The notes under the pieces are model-generated. The model searched no databases. It saw nothing but the letters and a program-made list of their open reading frames with translations, and had not been told where the DNA came from. Of a stretch of DNA of 64,000 nucleotides, positions 55,660 to 64,000 are shown piece after piece (positions within the stretch are counted from its first letter, which is position 1; each line of letters starts with the position of its first letter). Origin of the DNA: an uncultured Acidobacteriaceae bacterium (GTDB lineage: Bacteria > Acidobacteriota > Terriglobia > Terriglobales > Acidobacteriaceae); the NCBI GenBank assembly GCA_964403025.1, contig CAYOEH010000002.1, positions 341,921 through 405,920 of the forward strand, in the 5' to 3' direction. Made by a program: the position numbers and the translations under genes.

Positions 55660-56412
55660 TTAAACCTGGCCGGCCCCGCCGTCCACATTCAAGTCAACTC
55701 CAGTAACGTAGGATGCCTCGCTGCTGGCCAGGAAAAGAACCGCGTGTCCCACTTCCTCGGGAGTGCCAAAGCGCTTCATCGGGTTGGACGATTTGATATA
55801 GTTCGCAAACTCGTCTTGCCCCGCTTGTGGCATTCCGCCCTTCGCGAGGATCGGGGTTTCGATCGGTCCCGGACTGACCACGTTCACTCGAATTCCGCGA
55901 TCAACCAGTTCCGCGGCAAACGTACGCGCCAGCGAGCGCACCGCCGCTTTGGTCGCCGCATAAATACTGGTTCGCGGAAACCCCTTCGTACTTACCACCG
56001 ACGAGTTCAGTACGATTCCGGCATTGTTATTAAGATGCGGCAGCGCCTTCTGCACCGTAAAATACAGCCCTTTCACGTTGATATCGAAAGTTTCATCGAA
56101 CAGTTGCTCGGTGCTTTCGCTTGCCGAAGCAAACTTCGCGATGCCCGCGTTGGCAAAAATTGCGTCGATCTTACCGAATTTTGCGGTCACTTGTTTATAC
56201 AGCTGGTCAATATCGGCCAGCTTGGATACATCCGCCTTTACCGCCAGCGTGCCGTTGCCAATGGTTTTGACCGCCTCATCCAGCGTCTTCTGGTCGCGCC
56301 CCGAGATGGCAACTTTCGCTCCCTCGTCATGAAACAGCTTAGCGGTCGCTAAACCAATCCCACTGTTGCCACCCGTAACTACAACCGTTTTGCCTTCAAA
56401 TCTTTTTGCCAT
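55660..56412 (-). CDS. SDR family oxidoreductase
   Basis: ORF trimmed to ATG 56412. TGGNSGIG cofactor motif and YAATKAAV catalytic YxxxK. Confidence 0.9.
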   Translation of the reverse strand: MAKRFEGKTVVVTGGNSGIGLATAKLFHDEGAKVAISGRDQKTLDEAVKTIGNGTLAVKADVSKLADIDQLYKQVTAKFGKIDAIFANAGIAKFASASESTEQLFDETFDINVKGLYFTVQKALPHLNNNAGIVLNSSVVSTKGFPRTSIYAATKAAVRSLARTFAAELVDRGIRVNVVSPGPIETPILAKGGMPQAGQDEFANYIKSSNPMKRFGTPEEVGHAVLFLASSEASYVTGVDLNVDGGAGQV

Positions 56413-56494
56413 GGAATCCCTCCAAATACGAATTTTTGCGGGCCCAGTCATCGCCACTCTTTAAATGACTTGGCTTAGTCGGATAGTTTGATTA

Positions 56495-56526
56495 ATATCA
56501 AAATATCAAGGATTCACAAATATCAA
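56495..56526. promoter_or_regulatory. three ATATCAA direct repeats in the SDR / ArsR divergent promoter region
   Basis: atatcaa occurs at 56495, 56503 and 56520. The first lies within ttgattaatatcaa, a partial palindrome. The repeats are 9-40 nt upstream of the arsR-family ATG. Confidence 0.3.
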
Positions 56527-56534
56527 GACGTGGT

Positions 56535-56831
56535 ATGGACAAAACACAACTAGCCCGGATTTCCAAAGCGTTAAGCGACCCCACTCGCTTGCGGATTTAC
56601 GAGGCGATTGCCGCTGGCGGTGAAATGTTTTGCGGACAAATCGTAGCGAAGTACGGGCTCACTCCGGGCACAATCTCGCATCATCTCAAAGTCTTGGCGG
56701 ACGCCAATCTCATCGAATGCCGCCGCGAGGGCCAGTTCATCTACAACCGTTCGCGCCCGGAGATGATCCGCGAGTACGGTCGGGCGCTCACGAAAATGGC
56801 CGGCAAAACAAAAGCCGCCAGCTCGCGCTGA
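56535..56831 (+). CDS. ArsR/SmtB family transcriptional regulator
   Basis: LSDPTRLRIYEAI... and TISHHLKVLADANLIECRREGQFIYN form a typical winged HTH. Confidence 0.85.
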   Translation: MDKTQLARISKALSDPTRLRIYEAIAAGGEMFCGQIVAKYGLTPGTISHHLKVLADANLIECRREGQFIYNRSRPEMIREYGRALTKMAGKTKAASSR

Positions 56832-56857
56832 CGGCTCAAAGCTGATCGCTAGTCTTC

Positions 56858-59305
56858 CTAGCTGTTCTCGTACAGCAGCACGCCCTCGGTCTTCTCCGCG
56901 TCCACCGGACGGTAGAACAGCTTGTTGTCTTCCAGGAAGACCTCGATAAACGCCGGACGCGTCGTGATCGTGCCCTGAATCAGCGCCTCCGACAGCGGGT
57001 CTTCAATATATTTCTGCAAGGCCCTGCGCAGCGGCCGGGCGCCATAAGAGCGATCCGTCAGCGTCTGGTTGAGAATCCACTTTTTCGCTTCGTCCGCAAC
57101 CGTAACCGTAATCGCCTTCTGCGCCAGGTTCGCGTTGAGTTGCGTGACCATGAGCTCCAGAATCTGAATCAGATCCGCTTCGCTCAAAGCCAGAAACAGA
57201 ATGATTTCGTCCAGCCGGTTCAGGAATTCCGGATTGAAGGTGCGTTTCACTTCGCCCTTCACCAGTTCCTCAACCTTGCCCGAAACCTGATCCTCCGCGG
57301 TTGACTGGAAGCCAAAGCCCTCGCGCTTCTGCAGGTGCCGCGCCCCAATGTTCGAGGTCATGATGATTATCGTGTTCTTGAAATCGACCGTGTTGCCCAA
57401 CCCGTCGGTCAACTGGCCGTCTTCAAAAACCTGCAGCAAGATGTTGAACACATCCGGATGCGCCTTCTCGATCTCATCCAGCAGCACCACCGAATACGGC
57501 GCACGCTTTACGCGCTCGGTAAGCTGTCCGCCCTCTTCATACCCCACGTATCCCGGAGGCGAGCCGATCAGCTTCGAGACCGAGTGCTTCTCCATGAACT
57601 CCGACATGTCGAAGCGAACCAAAGCTTTCTCGGTTCCGAACATGAACTGCGCCAGCGTCCGCGCCACTTCCGTCTTTCCGACGCCCGTCGGCCCCAGGAA
57701 CAGGAACGACCCAATCGGCCGGTTCGGACTCTTCAACCCTGCGCGCGAACGCCGGATCGCCCGGGCCAACGCGCTGATCGATTTATCCTGCGAAATAATC
57801 CGCTTGTGCAGCTCTTCTTCGATGCGCAGCAGCTTCTGCGTCTCTTCTTCTTTGATCGAAGTGATGGGAACGCCCGTCCAGCGCGAAACCACGTCTTCGA
57901 TATCCTCGCGGCCGACCACGCCGGTCGAAGATTCATCCAGATGATATTTCTCGCGCAGTGCGCGCAGGTTCTCGCGCTCCTTGCGTTCTTCATCCGAATA
58001 GAAGCGGGCCTTCTCGAACTCGTGGTTGGCGATCGCGTTCTCCATGCGGTGCACGATGAACTTGATCCGCTTCTGCACTTCGGTGATCTCTTCTGGCTGC
58101 GAAGTCTGCCGCAGTTTCACCCGCGCGCCAGCTTCGTCGACCAAGTCGATGGCCTTGTCCGGCAAGAAACGGTCCGGAATGTAGCGGTTCGAGTGCGAAA
58201 CCGCGAAGTTGATGGCATCATCGGTATAGGTGACAGCGTGGAACTTCTCATACCGGTCCTTAATGCCGAACAGCACCTTCACCGCGTCCGCCTCGTTCGG
58301 CGGCGGAACTTTCACTGCCTGGAAGCGCCGCTCGAGCGACCGGTCTTTCTCGATCGACTTGCGATATTCACCCGGCGTCGTTGCGCCGATGCACTGAATC
58401 TCGCCGCGCGATAGCGCCGGCTTCAGAATGTTCGCCGCGTCCAGCGAACCTTCCGCCGATCCCGCGCCTACCAGCGTGTGCAGCTCATCGATAAAGATGA
58501 TGGAATTCTGCGACTCCATCAGCTCTTTCATGATGGTCTTCAGCCGCTCTTCAAACTGTCCGCGATATTTCGTTCCGGCAACGATCAACGAAAGATCGAG
58601 CGCCAGAATTCTCTTATCTGCCAGAAACGATGGAACCTCGCCGTCAGCAATCCGCTGCGCCAGTCCTTCGACAATAGCCGTCTTGCCCACACCCGGCTCG
58701 CCGATCAGCACTGGATTATTTTTGGTGCGCCGGCACAAAATCTGCACCACACGCTCCAGTTCCCCGTCGCGTCCCACCAGCGGATCAAGCTGGCTATCCA
58801 TCGCTGCCTGCGTCAGATCGCGTGAAAACTCGCTCAACAGCGATGACTCCCGCTGCCTCTGCGGCTGCGCTTTTTCCTGGCTGGTGCGCGCCAATTCCTC
58901 GCGAATGGTCGAGAGCCTCAACCCGCGCTCGTGCAGAATTTCCGCGGCGAAGCACTTCTCTTCTCTCAATAAACCCAACAGCAAATGTTCGGTTCCAATG
59001 TGCCGGTGCGAGAGCCGCTCCGCCTCTTCCGCGGCATAGGCCAGCACCCGCTTGCACTCGTTGCTCAAAGGCAGGTCCACCGAGGTCGAGACTTTTTCCC
59101 GAATCGTGGTGTGACCCTCAATCTGCTTGCGGATGGACTCCACCGAGGCATGCGAGCGCAGGAATCGATTGGTCAGGGCTTTGTCTTCGCGCAGGAGCCC
59201 CAGCAGCAGGTGCTCGGTCTCTATATAAGGAGACCCGAACTGGCTTGCTTCGTAGCGCGCAAAAAAGATTACGCGCCTGGCTTTCTCCGTATAACGTTCA
59301 AACAT
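56858..59305 (-). CDS. clpC: ATP-dependent Clp protease ATP-binding subunit ClpC
   Basis: Clp_N repeats ([20 protein letters not shown]...), two AAA+ modules ([16 protein letters not shown]) and a UVR-like linker. 815 aa. Confidence 0.9.
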   Translation of the reverse strand: MFERYTEKARRVIFFARYEASQFGSPYIETEHLLLGLLREDKALTNRFLRSHASVESIRKQIEGHTTIREKVSTSVDLPLSNECKRVLAYAAEEAERLSHRHIGTEHLLLGLLREEKCFAAEILHERGLRLSTIREELARTSQEKAQPQRQRESSLLSEFSRDLTQAAMDSQLDPLVGRDGELERVVQILCRRTKNNPVLIGEPGVGKTAIVEGLAQRIADGEVPSFLADKRILALDLSLIVAGTKYRGQFEERLKTIMKELMESQNSIIFIDELHTLVGAGSAEGSLDAANILKPALSRGEIQCIGATTPGEYRKSIEKDRSLERRFQAVKVPPPNEADAVKVLFGIKDRYEKFHAVTYTDDAINFAVSHSNRYIPDRFLPDKAIDLVDEAGARVKLRQTSQPEEITEVQKRIKFIVHRMENAIANHEFEKARFYSDEERKERENLRALREKYHLDESSTGVVGREDIEDVVSRWTGVPITSIKEEETQKLLRIEEELHKRIISQDKSISALARAIRRSRAGLKSPNRPIGSFLFLGPTGVGKTEVARTLAQFMFGTEKALVRFDMSEFMEKHSVSKLIGSPPGYVGYEEGGQLTERVKRAPYSVVLLDEIEKAHPDVFNILLQVFEDGQLTDGLGNTVDFKNTIIIMTSNIGARHLQKREGFGFQSTAEDQVSGKVEELVKGEVKRTFNPEFLNRLDEIILFLALSEADLIQILELMVTQLNANLAQKAITVTVADEAKKWILNQTLTDRSYGARPLRRALQKYIEDPLSEALIQGTITTRPAFIEVFLEDNKLFYRPVDAEKTEGVLLYENS

Positions 59306-59516
59306 AATGCGCTTCCCCCTGAACCCTTCTGGTCGAGAAGGCGCTAGCCCGGCTCGACCTACCTGAATCCCCGCCCGATTTCGTGTACGTCCTGCATCCT
59401 GATTCGTGTCACCCGGTCATTATGCAATCAAACGGCCACCAAACCCAAGTACCGAAACGTTACTTTAATGTTACCGAAGGAATCTGTTGAAATCTCCCCC
59501 GGCTTCCGACTTTCGC

Positions 59517-59625
59517 TGTCATTCTGAGCAAGCGTCCTTTGCGCAGCGAAGAATCTTGGCGAGCCGCGCGAAGTGTCGCGTTCTTTGCGACACCACAATC
59601 GCGAGCTTGGCTCGCTTCCTTATCA
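59517..59625. repeat. REP-like element (GTCATTCTGAGC...GCGAAGAATC variant plus gttcttt-loop hairpin)
   Basis: tgtcattctgagcaagcgtcctttgcgcagcgaagaatc..., and hairpin gtgtcgc-gttcttt-gcgacac (59573-59593), which has the same loop as the hairpin at 9241-9263. Confidence 0.7.
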
Positions 59626-59688
59626 TTTGCCCAACTCCAATTTCTTGCACTTTGTCTAACTAATCTTTCACTCGCCGTGGCCAATTCA

Positions 59689-60435
59689 CTAAACCGGCAG
59701 CGACTCGGGACCAACCTCTTCCACGTGCCCTCGCTCCAGACGCAACACCCGGTGGCAACGCCGCGCGAACGAATAATTATGTGTTGCAATGAGGGAGGTG
59801 AGTTGGTGCTCGCGATGTAATCGCGCAATCAATTCGAAAACCGCTTCCGCGTTCGGCCCGTCAAGGTCCCCGGTAGGCTCATCCGCCAGCAACAACTTCG
59901 GGCCGGTAATGAGCGCCCTCGCCAAAGCCACCCGCTGTTGCTCGCCGCCCGAAAGCTCTCCCGAACGGTGATGCGCGCGTTTCTCCAGCCCGACCTCGCG
60001 CAACCAGCGCGAAGCTTCCGGCGCAGCCTCTGCCCAGCTACGCCCCCGCACCAGCAGAGGCATCGCCACATTTTCGGCCGCCGTAAATTCCGGCAGCAGA
60101 TAGTGAAGTTGCCAGACGAAGCCCGTCTCGCGATTGCGAAACTTCGATGCTTCATCCGCCGACAACGTATTCAGCTTCAATTCCGCGCAGTATACGTCAC
60201 CCGCGGAAGCGTGATCAAGAGCGCTGAGGATGTGCAACAAGGTACTCTTCCCCGCTCCCGACTCGCCGACGATTGCGAGCATCTCGCCTCGCTTCACCTC
60301 GAACGATAAATTCTCAAAGAGCACCAGATCCGATTCGCCGGATCGAAAAACCTTCTTTAGCCCTTCAACTCGAAGCAAAGTGCCTTGTTTCGCCACTTGT
60401 TCACTTAGATGCACTTTGCCCCCGCTTCGGTCCAT
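59689..60435 (-). CDS. ABC transporter ATP-binding protein (LolD/MacB/FtsE-like)
   Basis: Walker A GESGAGKST, signature LSGGEQQR, Walker B LLADEPTGDLD. No permease gene is adjacent. Confidence 0.8.
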   Translation of the reverse strand: MDRSGGKVHLSEQVAKQGTLLRVEGLKKVFRSGESDLVLFENLSFEVKRGEMLAIVGESGAGKSTLLHILSALDHASAGDVYCAELKLNTLSADEASKFRNRETGFVWQLHYLLPEFTAAENVAMPLLVRGRSWAEAAPEASRWLREVGLEKRAHHRSGELSGGEQQRVALARALITGPKLLLADEPTGDLDGPNAEAVFELIARLHREHQLTSLIATHNYSFARRCHRVLRLERGHVEEVGPESLPV

Positions 60436-60712
60436 CCTGTCCCGGCCCTAGGCTGCCGCGGGCGGGAACAGTAGAAGCGGACATCTTCTCACACTAGCCC
60501 CCTACTCAACATGGCACCTTTGCACCATATGGAAACCTGGTCGCGGCGGCTCCGCCGATTACTGGCAAGCTGCCTACCGAAAACTGTACTCATTGTCCAG
60601 CACCCGCGATGTGACCTGCATCACGACGCAATAAGCCAAGATCAGTGGCCAGTCAAAGTCGCCAACGGTGCCCCTTGTTGCTTTTTCTGACCACCGACTG
60701 GCAACTGTTCTT

Positions 60713-61768
60713 CTACACTTCCACCTTCGATTCCGCGCCCGCCAGTCGTTCCAGCGACTCCCGGTAAGGCTCGCGCGCAATGCCGCGCTCCGTAATAATG
60801 GCTGCCACGTACTTCGCTGGAGTCACATCGAACGCCGGGTTCTCGATCGACACGCCATCCGGCGTCATCTGCTTTCCGCCAATATGAGTTACTTCCTTCG
60901 GATTACGCTGCTCGATCGGAATCCGGTCACCGTCCGGGCACGCCATGTCCACCGTCGAGATCGGCGCCGCCACATAGAACGGGATGCCGTTTTCCTTGGC
61001 CAGAACCGCAACCGTGTACGTTCCAATTTTGTTGGCCACATCTCCATTCGCCGCGATCCGGTCCGCTCCCACCACAATCGCTTCAATCTTTCCCTGCTTC
61101 ATCATCGCGCCCGCCATGTTGTCGGAAATCACCGTGGTCGGGATGCCATCCTTCATCAGCTCCCACGCGGTCAGTCGCGAGCCTTGCAGGAACGGCCGAG
61201 TCTCGTCCGCATACACGTGAATCTTTTTCCCCTGCTCCACCGCCGCGCGAATCACCCCCAGAGCCGTTCCGTACCCAGCCGTAGCCAGCGCGCCCGCATT
61301 GCAGTGCGTCAGTACTCCACCCTCGCTCGGCATCAGCGTCGCGCCATGGCGTCCCATGGCCTGGTTCGCCGCAATATCTTCCGCGTGCATGCGCTTGGCT
61401 TCATCCACCAGATCGCGCTTGATTTGCGCAATAGGACGAATCCGTACGCGCTCGAACTTCTCCTGCATCCGCCGGATCGCCCAGAAAAGATTCACCGCCG
61501 TCGGCCGCGTTTTGCCGATCACGTCGCAGATCTGATCCAGATCGCGCTTGAGCTCCGCGACCGTCTCCGCCTTGGAGTTCTGCGCTCCCAGCGCAATTCC
61601 CATCGCCGCGGCCACGCCAATCGCAGGCGCTCCCCGCACCACCATCGTCTGTATAGCGTCGGCAACCTGCTCGTACGTTGTGCAGGTCACATAAGTTTCT
61701 TCCGTCGGCAGCTTCGTCTGATCGATGAAGCGTACGCCCTGTTCCGTCCATTCCAGTGTCTGAATCAT
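60713..61768 (-). CDS. mtnA: S-methyl-5-thioribose-1-phosphate isomerase
   Basis: ORF trimmed to ATG 61768 ([21 protein letters not shown]...) because the upstream 64 codons are encoded by the REP element. VRGAPAIG, and [17 protein letters not shown]. Confidence 0.9.
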   Translation of the reverse strand: MIQTLEWTEQGVRFIDQTKLPTEETYVTCTTYEQVADAIQTMVVRGAPAIGVAAAMGIALGAQNSKAETVAELKRDLDQICDVIGKTRPTAVNLFWAIRRMQEKFERVRIRPIAQIKRDLVDEAKRMHAEDIAANQAMGRHGATLMPSEGGVLTHCNAGALATAGYGTALGVIRAAVEQGKKIHVYADETRPFLQGSRLTAWELMKDGIPTTVISDNMAGAMMKQGKIEAIVVGADRIAANGDVANKIGTYTVAVLAKENGIPFYVAAPISTVDMACPDGDRIPIEQRNPKEVTHIGGKQMTPDGVSIENPAFDVTPAKYVAAIITERGIAREPYRESLERLAGAESKVEV

Positions 61769-61777
61769 TGTTTTTCT

Positions 61778-61900
61778 TGTCATCCTGAGCGAGGACTGCC
61801 ATCCCCGACTTGTCATCCTGAGCGAGGATTGCGCTTCGCGACAGCGAAGCACAACCGCAGTCGAAAGCCTGCCCTGAGCGAAGCCGAAGGGGACCCCTTG
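61778..61900. repeat. REP-like element, GTCATCCTGAGCG family (duplicated head)
   Basis: ttgtcatcctgagcgagga occurs twice (61778 and 61810). It is followed by ...gcttcgcgacagcgaagc...gtcgaaagcctgccctgagcgaagccgaaggggacccc, almost identical to 23972-24008. Confidence 0.8.
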
Positions 61901-61978
61901 TACGCCCACCGCAACCATCGGCTCCGCAAGACATTTCCGTTGCCGCTCTGCGCCTCGCATTGTCCGAGTCCCGGCCCG

Positions 61979-62647
61979 CTACGCCCTATGCGCCTCGCAC
62001 AAACTCCTCGGATTGTTCGTCGCCGCCGGCCGTCCGCAAATCTCGCAAACCGCCGCGACCGCAAAAATCGCGGGCTGCGTATCATCCGTCTGCAGAATGT
62101 GTTGCGCCCGCACTTCGCTCGCCGTAAAGATCGACACAAACGGCGCCGGAGCCGCAGCCTTTTCTACATTCGGCCTTCCCTTCGCTTCCTCGCGTTCCAC
62201 CAGGCACATCGCTCCCACCACGTGGAATCCAAACTCGCGCGCCGTCTCAATCGCCTGCACCGTCGAAGCCCCGGTGGTACAAACGTCGTCCACAATCACC
62301 ACCCGCGCGCCCTTCTCGCGATAGCCTTCGATCCGCTGCCCCGTCCCGTGCTGCTTTTCCGCCTTGCGCACCAGAAAACCGTTCAGCTCGCCGCTCACCA
62401 CCGAAACCGCCACCACAATCGGATCGGCCCCCATGGTGAGCCCACCAATGGCCTGCGCCTTCCAGCCTCGCTGCGTGATTTCGTCGCAAAAGACCTGCCC
62501 GGTCAGCCGCGCGCCTTTCGCATCCAGAGTGGTGGTCCGGCAATCGATGTAGTAGTCGCTGGTGCCGCCGGAAGACAGTTTGAACTCGCCCAGCCGAAAC
62601 GACTTATGAGCGAGCAACTGCAGCAATTCCTGACGTGAAGAATTCAT
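61979..62647 (-). CDS. pyrE: orotate phosphoribosyltransferase
   Basis: ORF trimmed to ATG 62647. FKLSSGGTSDYYID and PRPP-binding VVIVDDVCTTGAS. It carries an extra C-terminal tail of about 40 aa with CEICG...CEAH. Confidence 0.9.
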   Translation of the reverse strand: MNSSRQELLQLLAHKSFRLGEFKLSSGGTSDYYIDCRTTTLDAKGARLTGQVFCDEITQRGWKAQAIGGLTMGADPIVVAVSVVSGELNGFLVRKAEKQHGTGQRIEGYREKGARVVIVDDVCTTGASTVQAIETAREFGFHVVGAMCLVEREEAKGRPNVEKAAAPAPFVSIFTASEVRAQHILQTDDTQPAIFAVAAVCEICGRPAATNNPRSLCEAHRA

Positions 62648-62785
62648 GAAATTCAACAATACCACGGGAAATCTGCCTCCGCCGCTGGCACAAACCTCCG
62701 TCTTTCGGCGGCGCTGCACTTCCCTCTTAAGGTTCTAGCCCCTTTCCTAATTACATCATGGTTGTGAAGGGCTACACTGCTGCCA

Positions 62786-63295
62786 ATGCTCCAGGGTTGG
62801 GACAACTTCTTTATGATGGCCGGGGCCGCGGCCGCGACTCTGATCGGGTTGCTGTTCGTTGCCGTCAGCGTAGGCACCGGCTTCTCCCCGTCGGGATTCG
62901 TGCAAGGCACCCGCGCCTTCTTGACGCCCACCCTCGTTCAATTCGGTGCCGTGCTATTCCCGGCCTTGGCCGCGCTCGCCCCATGGCCGTCCGCGTGGCC
63001 AATCGGGCTCATTCTCGGTCTGGGCGGACTCACGGGCCTGGCCTATCAAATTCACGTAATCGCCGTGCGGCGCAAGGCCGCATTCGCTTTGCTCGATTGG
63101 CACGACTGGCTTCCGTACGCGGGCGCCCCGGTGCTCGGTTATGCCAGCCTGATGGTCGGCGGGATCGGATTGATTGCCGGGAAATCCTTCGCACCCTATA
63201 CCATCGCGGGCGCGATCACGCTCTTACTATTCGTCGGCGTCTACGGTGCCTGGGACATTACGTTGTGGATCGTCAAGAATCGGGACAAGACATAG
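62786..63295 (+). CDS. hypothetical integral membrane protein (about 4-5 TM helices)
   Basis: 169 aa, dominated by hydrophobic segments (AAAATLIGLLFVAVSV, LVQFGAVLFPALAAL, IGLILGLGGLTGLAY, among others). Confidence 0.6.
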   Translation: MLQGWDNFFMMAGAAAATLIGLLFVAVSVGTGFSPSGFVQGTRAFLTPTLVQFGAVLFPALAALAPWPSAWPIGLILGLGGLTGLAYQIHVIAVRRKAAFALLDWHDWLPYAGAPVLGYASLMVGGIGLIAGKSFAPYTIAGAITLLLFVGVYGAWDITLWIVKNRDKT

Positions 63296-63391
63296 CAACG
63301 CGATGACTCGCCCACTACGCCGTCCCCTCCGTCAGCCTCTGCCTCTTTGCCGTGATAACCTTAAAGTTTCCCCACAATGATGCCCCGAGGT

Positions 63392-64000
63392 ATGAAATTG
63401 CACAGTGCGCGAAAGTTTTTCTTCTTTCTTCTTCTTACACACATTTGCAGTTCCGGCCTCAGCTCGACGGCGTTCGCCGAGGGCACGCGTTCCTGGGAGC
63501 AGTCCAAATTTGAAGACCTCACCAAAGGCACAGCTACCGGCGTAGCCATTCGCAGCGCCGGAGGCCTGGAGCTGGCCCCCACCTTCAAGAGCCTGTACGC
63601 GAGCCCCTCCACCTACATTTGGGCCATCGCCGCCGACGACGCGGGAAATGTCTACGTAGCGGCCGGCGCCCCCGCCCGCGTCTACCGCATCACGCCCGAT
63701 GGCAAAGCCACCATTATTTTCGAGCCGAAAGAACTCCAGGTGCAAGCCCTGCAGATCAGCTCCGCAGGCGCCATCTACGCCGCCACCGCTCCCGACGGCA
63801 AAGTCTACAAAATCGAACATAACTCCGGCAAAGCTCAGCCCGCCAAAGCCGACTCATCTCCAGCCGCCGATCCCTCCTGGAATTCTTCCGTCTACTTCGA
63901 ACCAGGCACGAAATATATCTGGGATCTCGCACTCGACAAGTCCGGCAATCTCTACGTCGCCACCGGCGACCACGGCGAGATTTTCCGCGTCACGCCTAAA
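63392..64000 (+). CDS. secreted beta-propeller-like protein, N-terminal part (runs off the window end)
   Basis: Not in the track because there is no stop. My translation from ATG 63392 is MKLHSARKFFFFLLLTHICSSGLSSTAFAEGTRSWEQSKFEDL...AADDAGNVYVAAG...PDGKATIIFE...APDGKVYKIE...DKSGNLYVATGDHGEIFRVTPK. ATGs at 63377 and 63380 are also in frame. Confidence 0.6.
   Translation, partial: MKLHSARKFFFFLLLTHICSSGLSSTAFAEGTRSWEQSKFEDLTKGTATGVAIRSAGGLELAPTFKSLYASPSTYIWAIAADDAGNVYVAAGAPARVYRITPDGKATIIFEPKELQVQALQISSAGAIYAATAPDGKVYKIEHNSGKAQPAKADSSPAADPSWNSSVYFEPGTKYIWDLALDKSGNLYVATGDHGEIFRVTPK

Noticed and set aside
60510-60535. Sigma-54 promoter-like TGGCAC...TGC (tggcacctttgca). A second occurs at about 36690 (ctggcacggctgcc).
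   Set aside because: The GG-to-GC spacing is about 3 nt (60510 site) and about 2 nt (36690 site) shorter than the canonical TGGCAC-N5-TTGC. Neither site is positioned sensibly relative to a start codon.
61769-61960. N-terminal 64 codons of the track ORF for mtnA. Similar 5' extensions occur at 225-341, 9340-9471, 12609-12731, 20711-20932 and 36588-36917.
   Set aside because: The extensions are encoded by REP elements or intergenic sequence, lack homology-like features, and precede better starts that are followed by canonical N-termini or signal peptides.
60668-62638. 656-aa plus-strand ORF spanning mtnA, a REP element and pyrE
   Set aside because: It runs antisense across two well-supported genes and straight through a non-coding repeat. 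Its composition is Arg/His-rich, so it cannot be a real gene.

Overview
The window looks like a moderately GC-rich chromosomal segment, probably from an Acidobacteriota (Terriglobia-like) genome. That placement is inferred from gene content: a CarboxypepD_reg-type TonB-dependent receptor, a Ser/Thr kinase fused to PD40 propellers, and GTCATCCTGAGCG-type REP elements. I support about 55 protein-coding genes and found no rRNA, tRNA, CRISPR array, transposase or integrase.

Recognisable backbone, in window order:
- lptC/A-like, lptB, rpoN and hpf as one operon
- recJ and queG
- a split LigD (phosphoesterase and ligase ORFs)
- a NUDIX hydrolase
- a collagen-like surface protein
- a Ser/Thr kinase with PD40 propellers
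- a Tat-exported amine oxidase
- tatA and a second tatA/B-type gene, next to a Tat-exported ferritin-like protein
- a PQQ alcohol dehydrogenase with a dihaem cytochrome c
- ubiX, larB and purB
- a marR gene coupled to a ClC channel
- a large TonB-dependent receptor
- clpC, mtnA and pyrE

I did not find a canonical defence island or mobile island. The signals most worth a second look are:
1. The only two 9-nt homopolymers I saw sit exactly at the junctions of two split genes (LigD PE|ligase and ClC). Each gene is repaired by +1 nt or a -1 slip, so this is either recoding or a homopolymer sequencing error.
2. A mosaic collagen / CBM-like / 7-blade-propeller secreted protein carries a near-perfect 81-bp internal duplication.
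3. A 36-bp tandem repeat reiterates start-codon-containing units at the 5' end of a PQQ dehydrogenase that has a lanthanide-type D-x-D signature.
4. Several dispersed REP-like and AT-rich word-repeat hairpin families occupy operon junctions.
5. Two divergent paralogues of an uncharacterised SHExxExxxDP family are present.

Everything rests on reading the sequence and the ORF translations. No database search was run.
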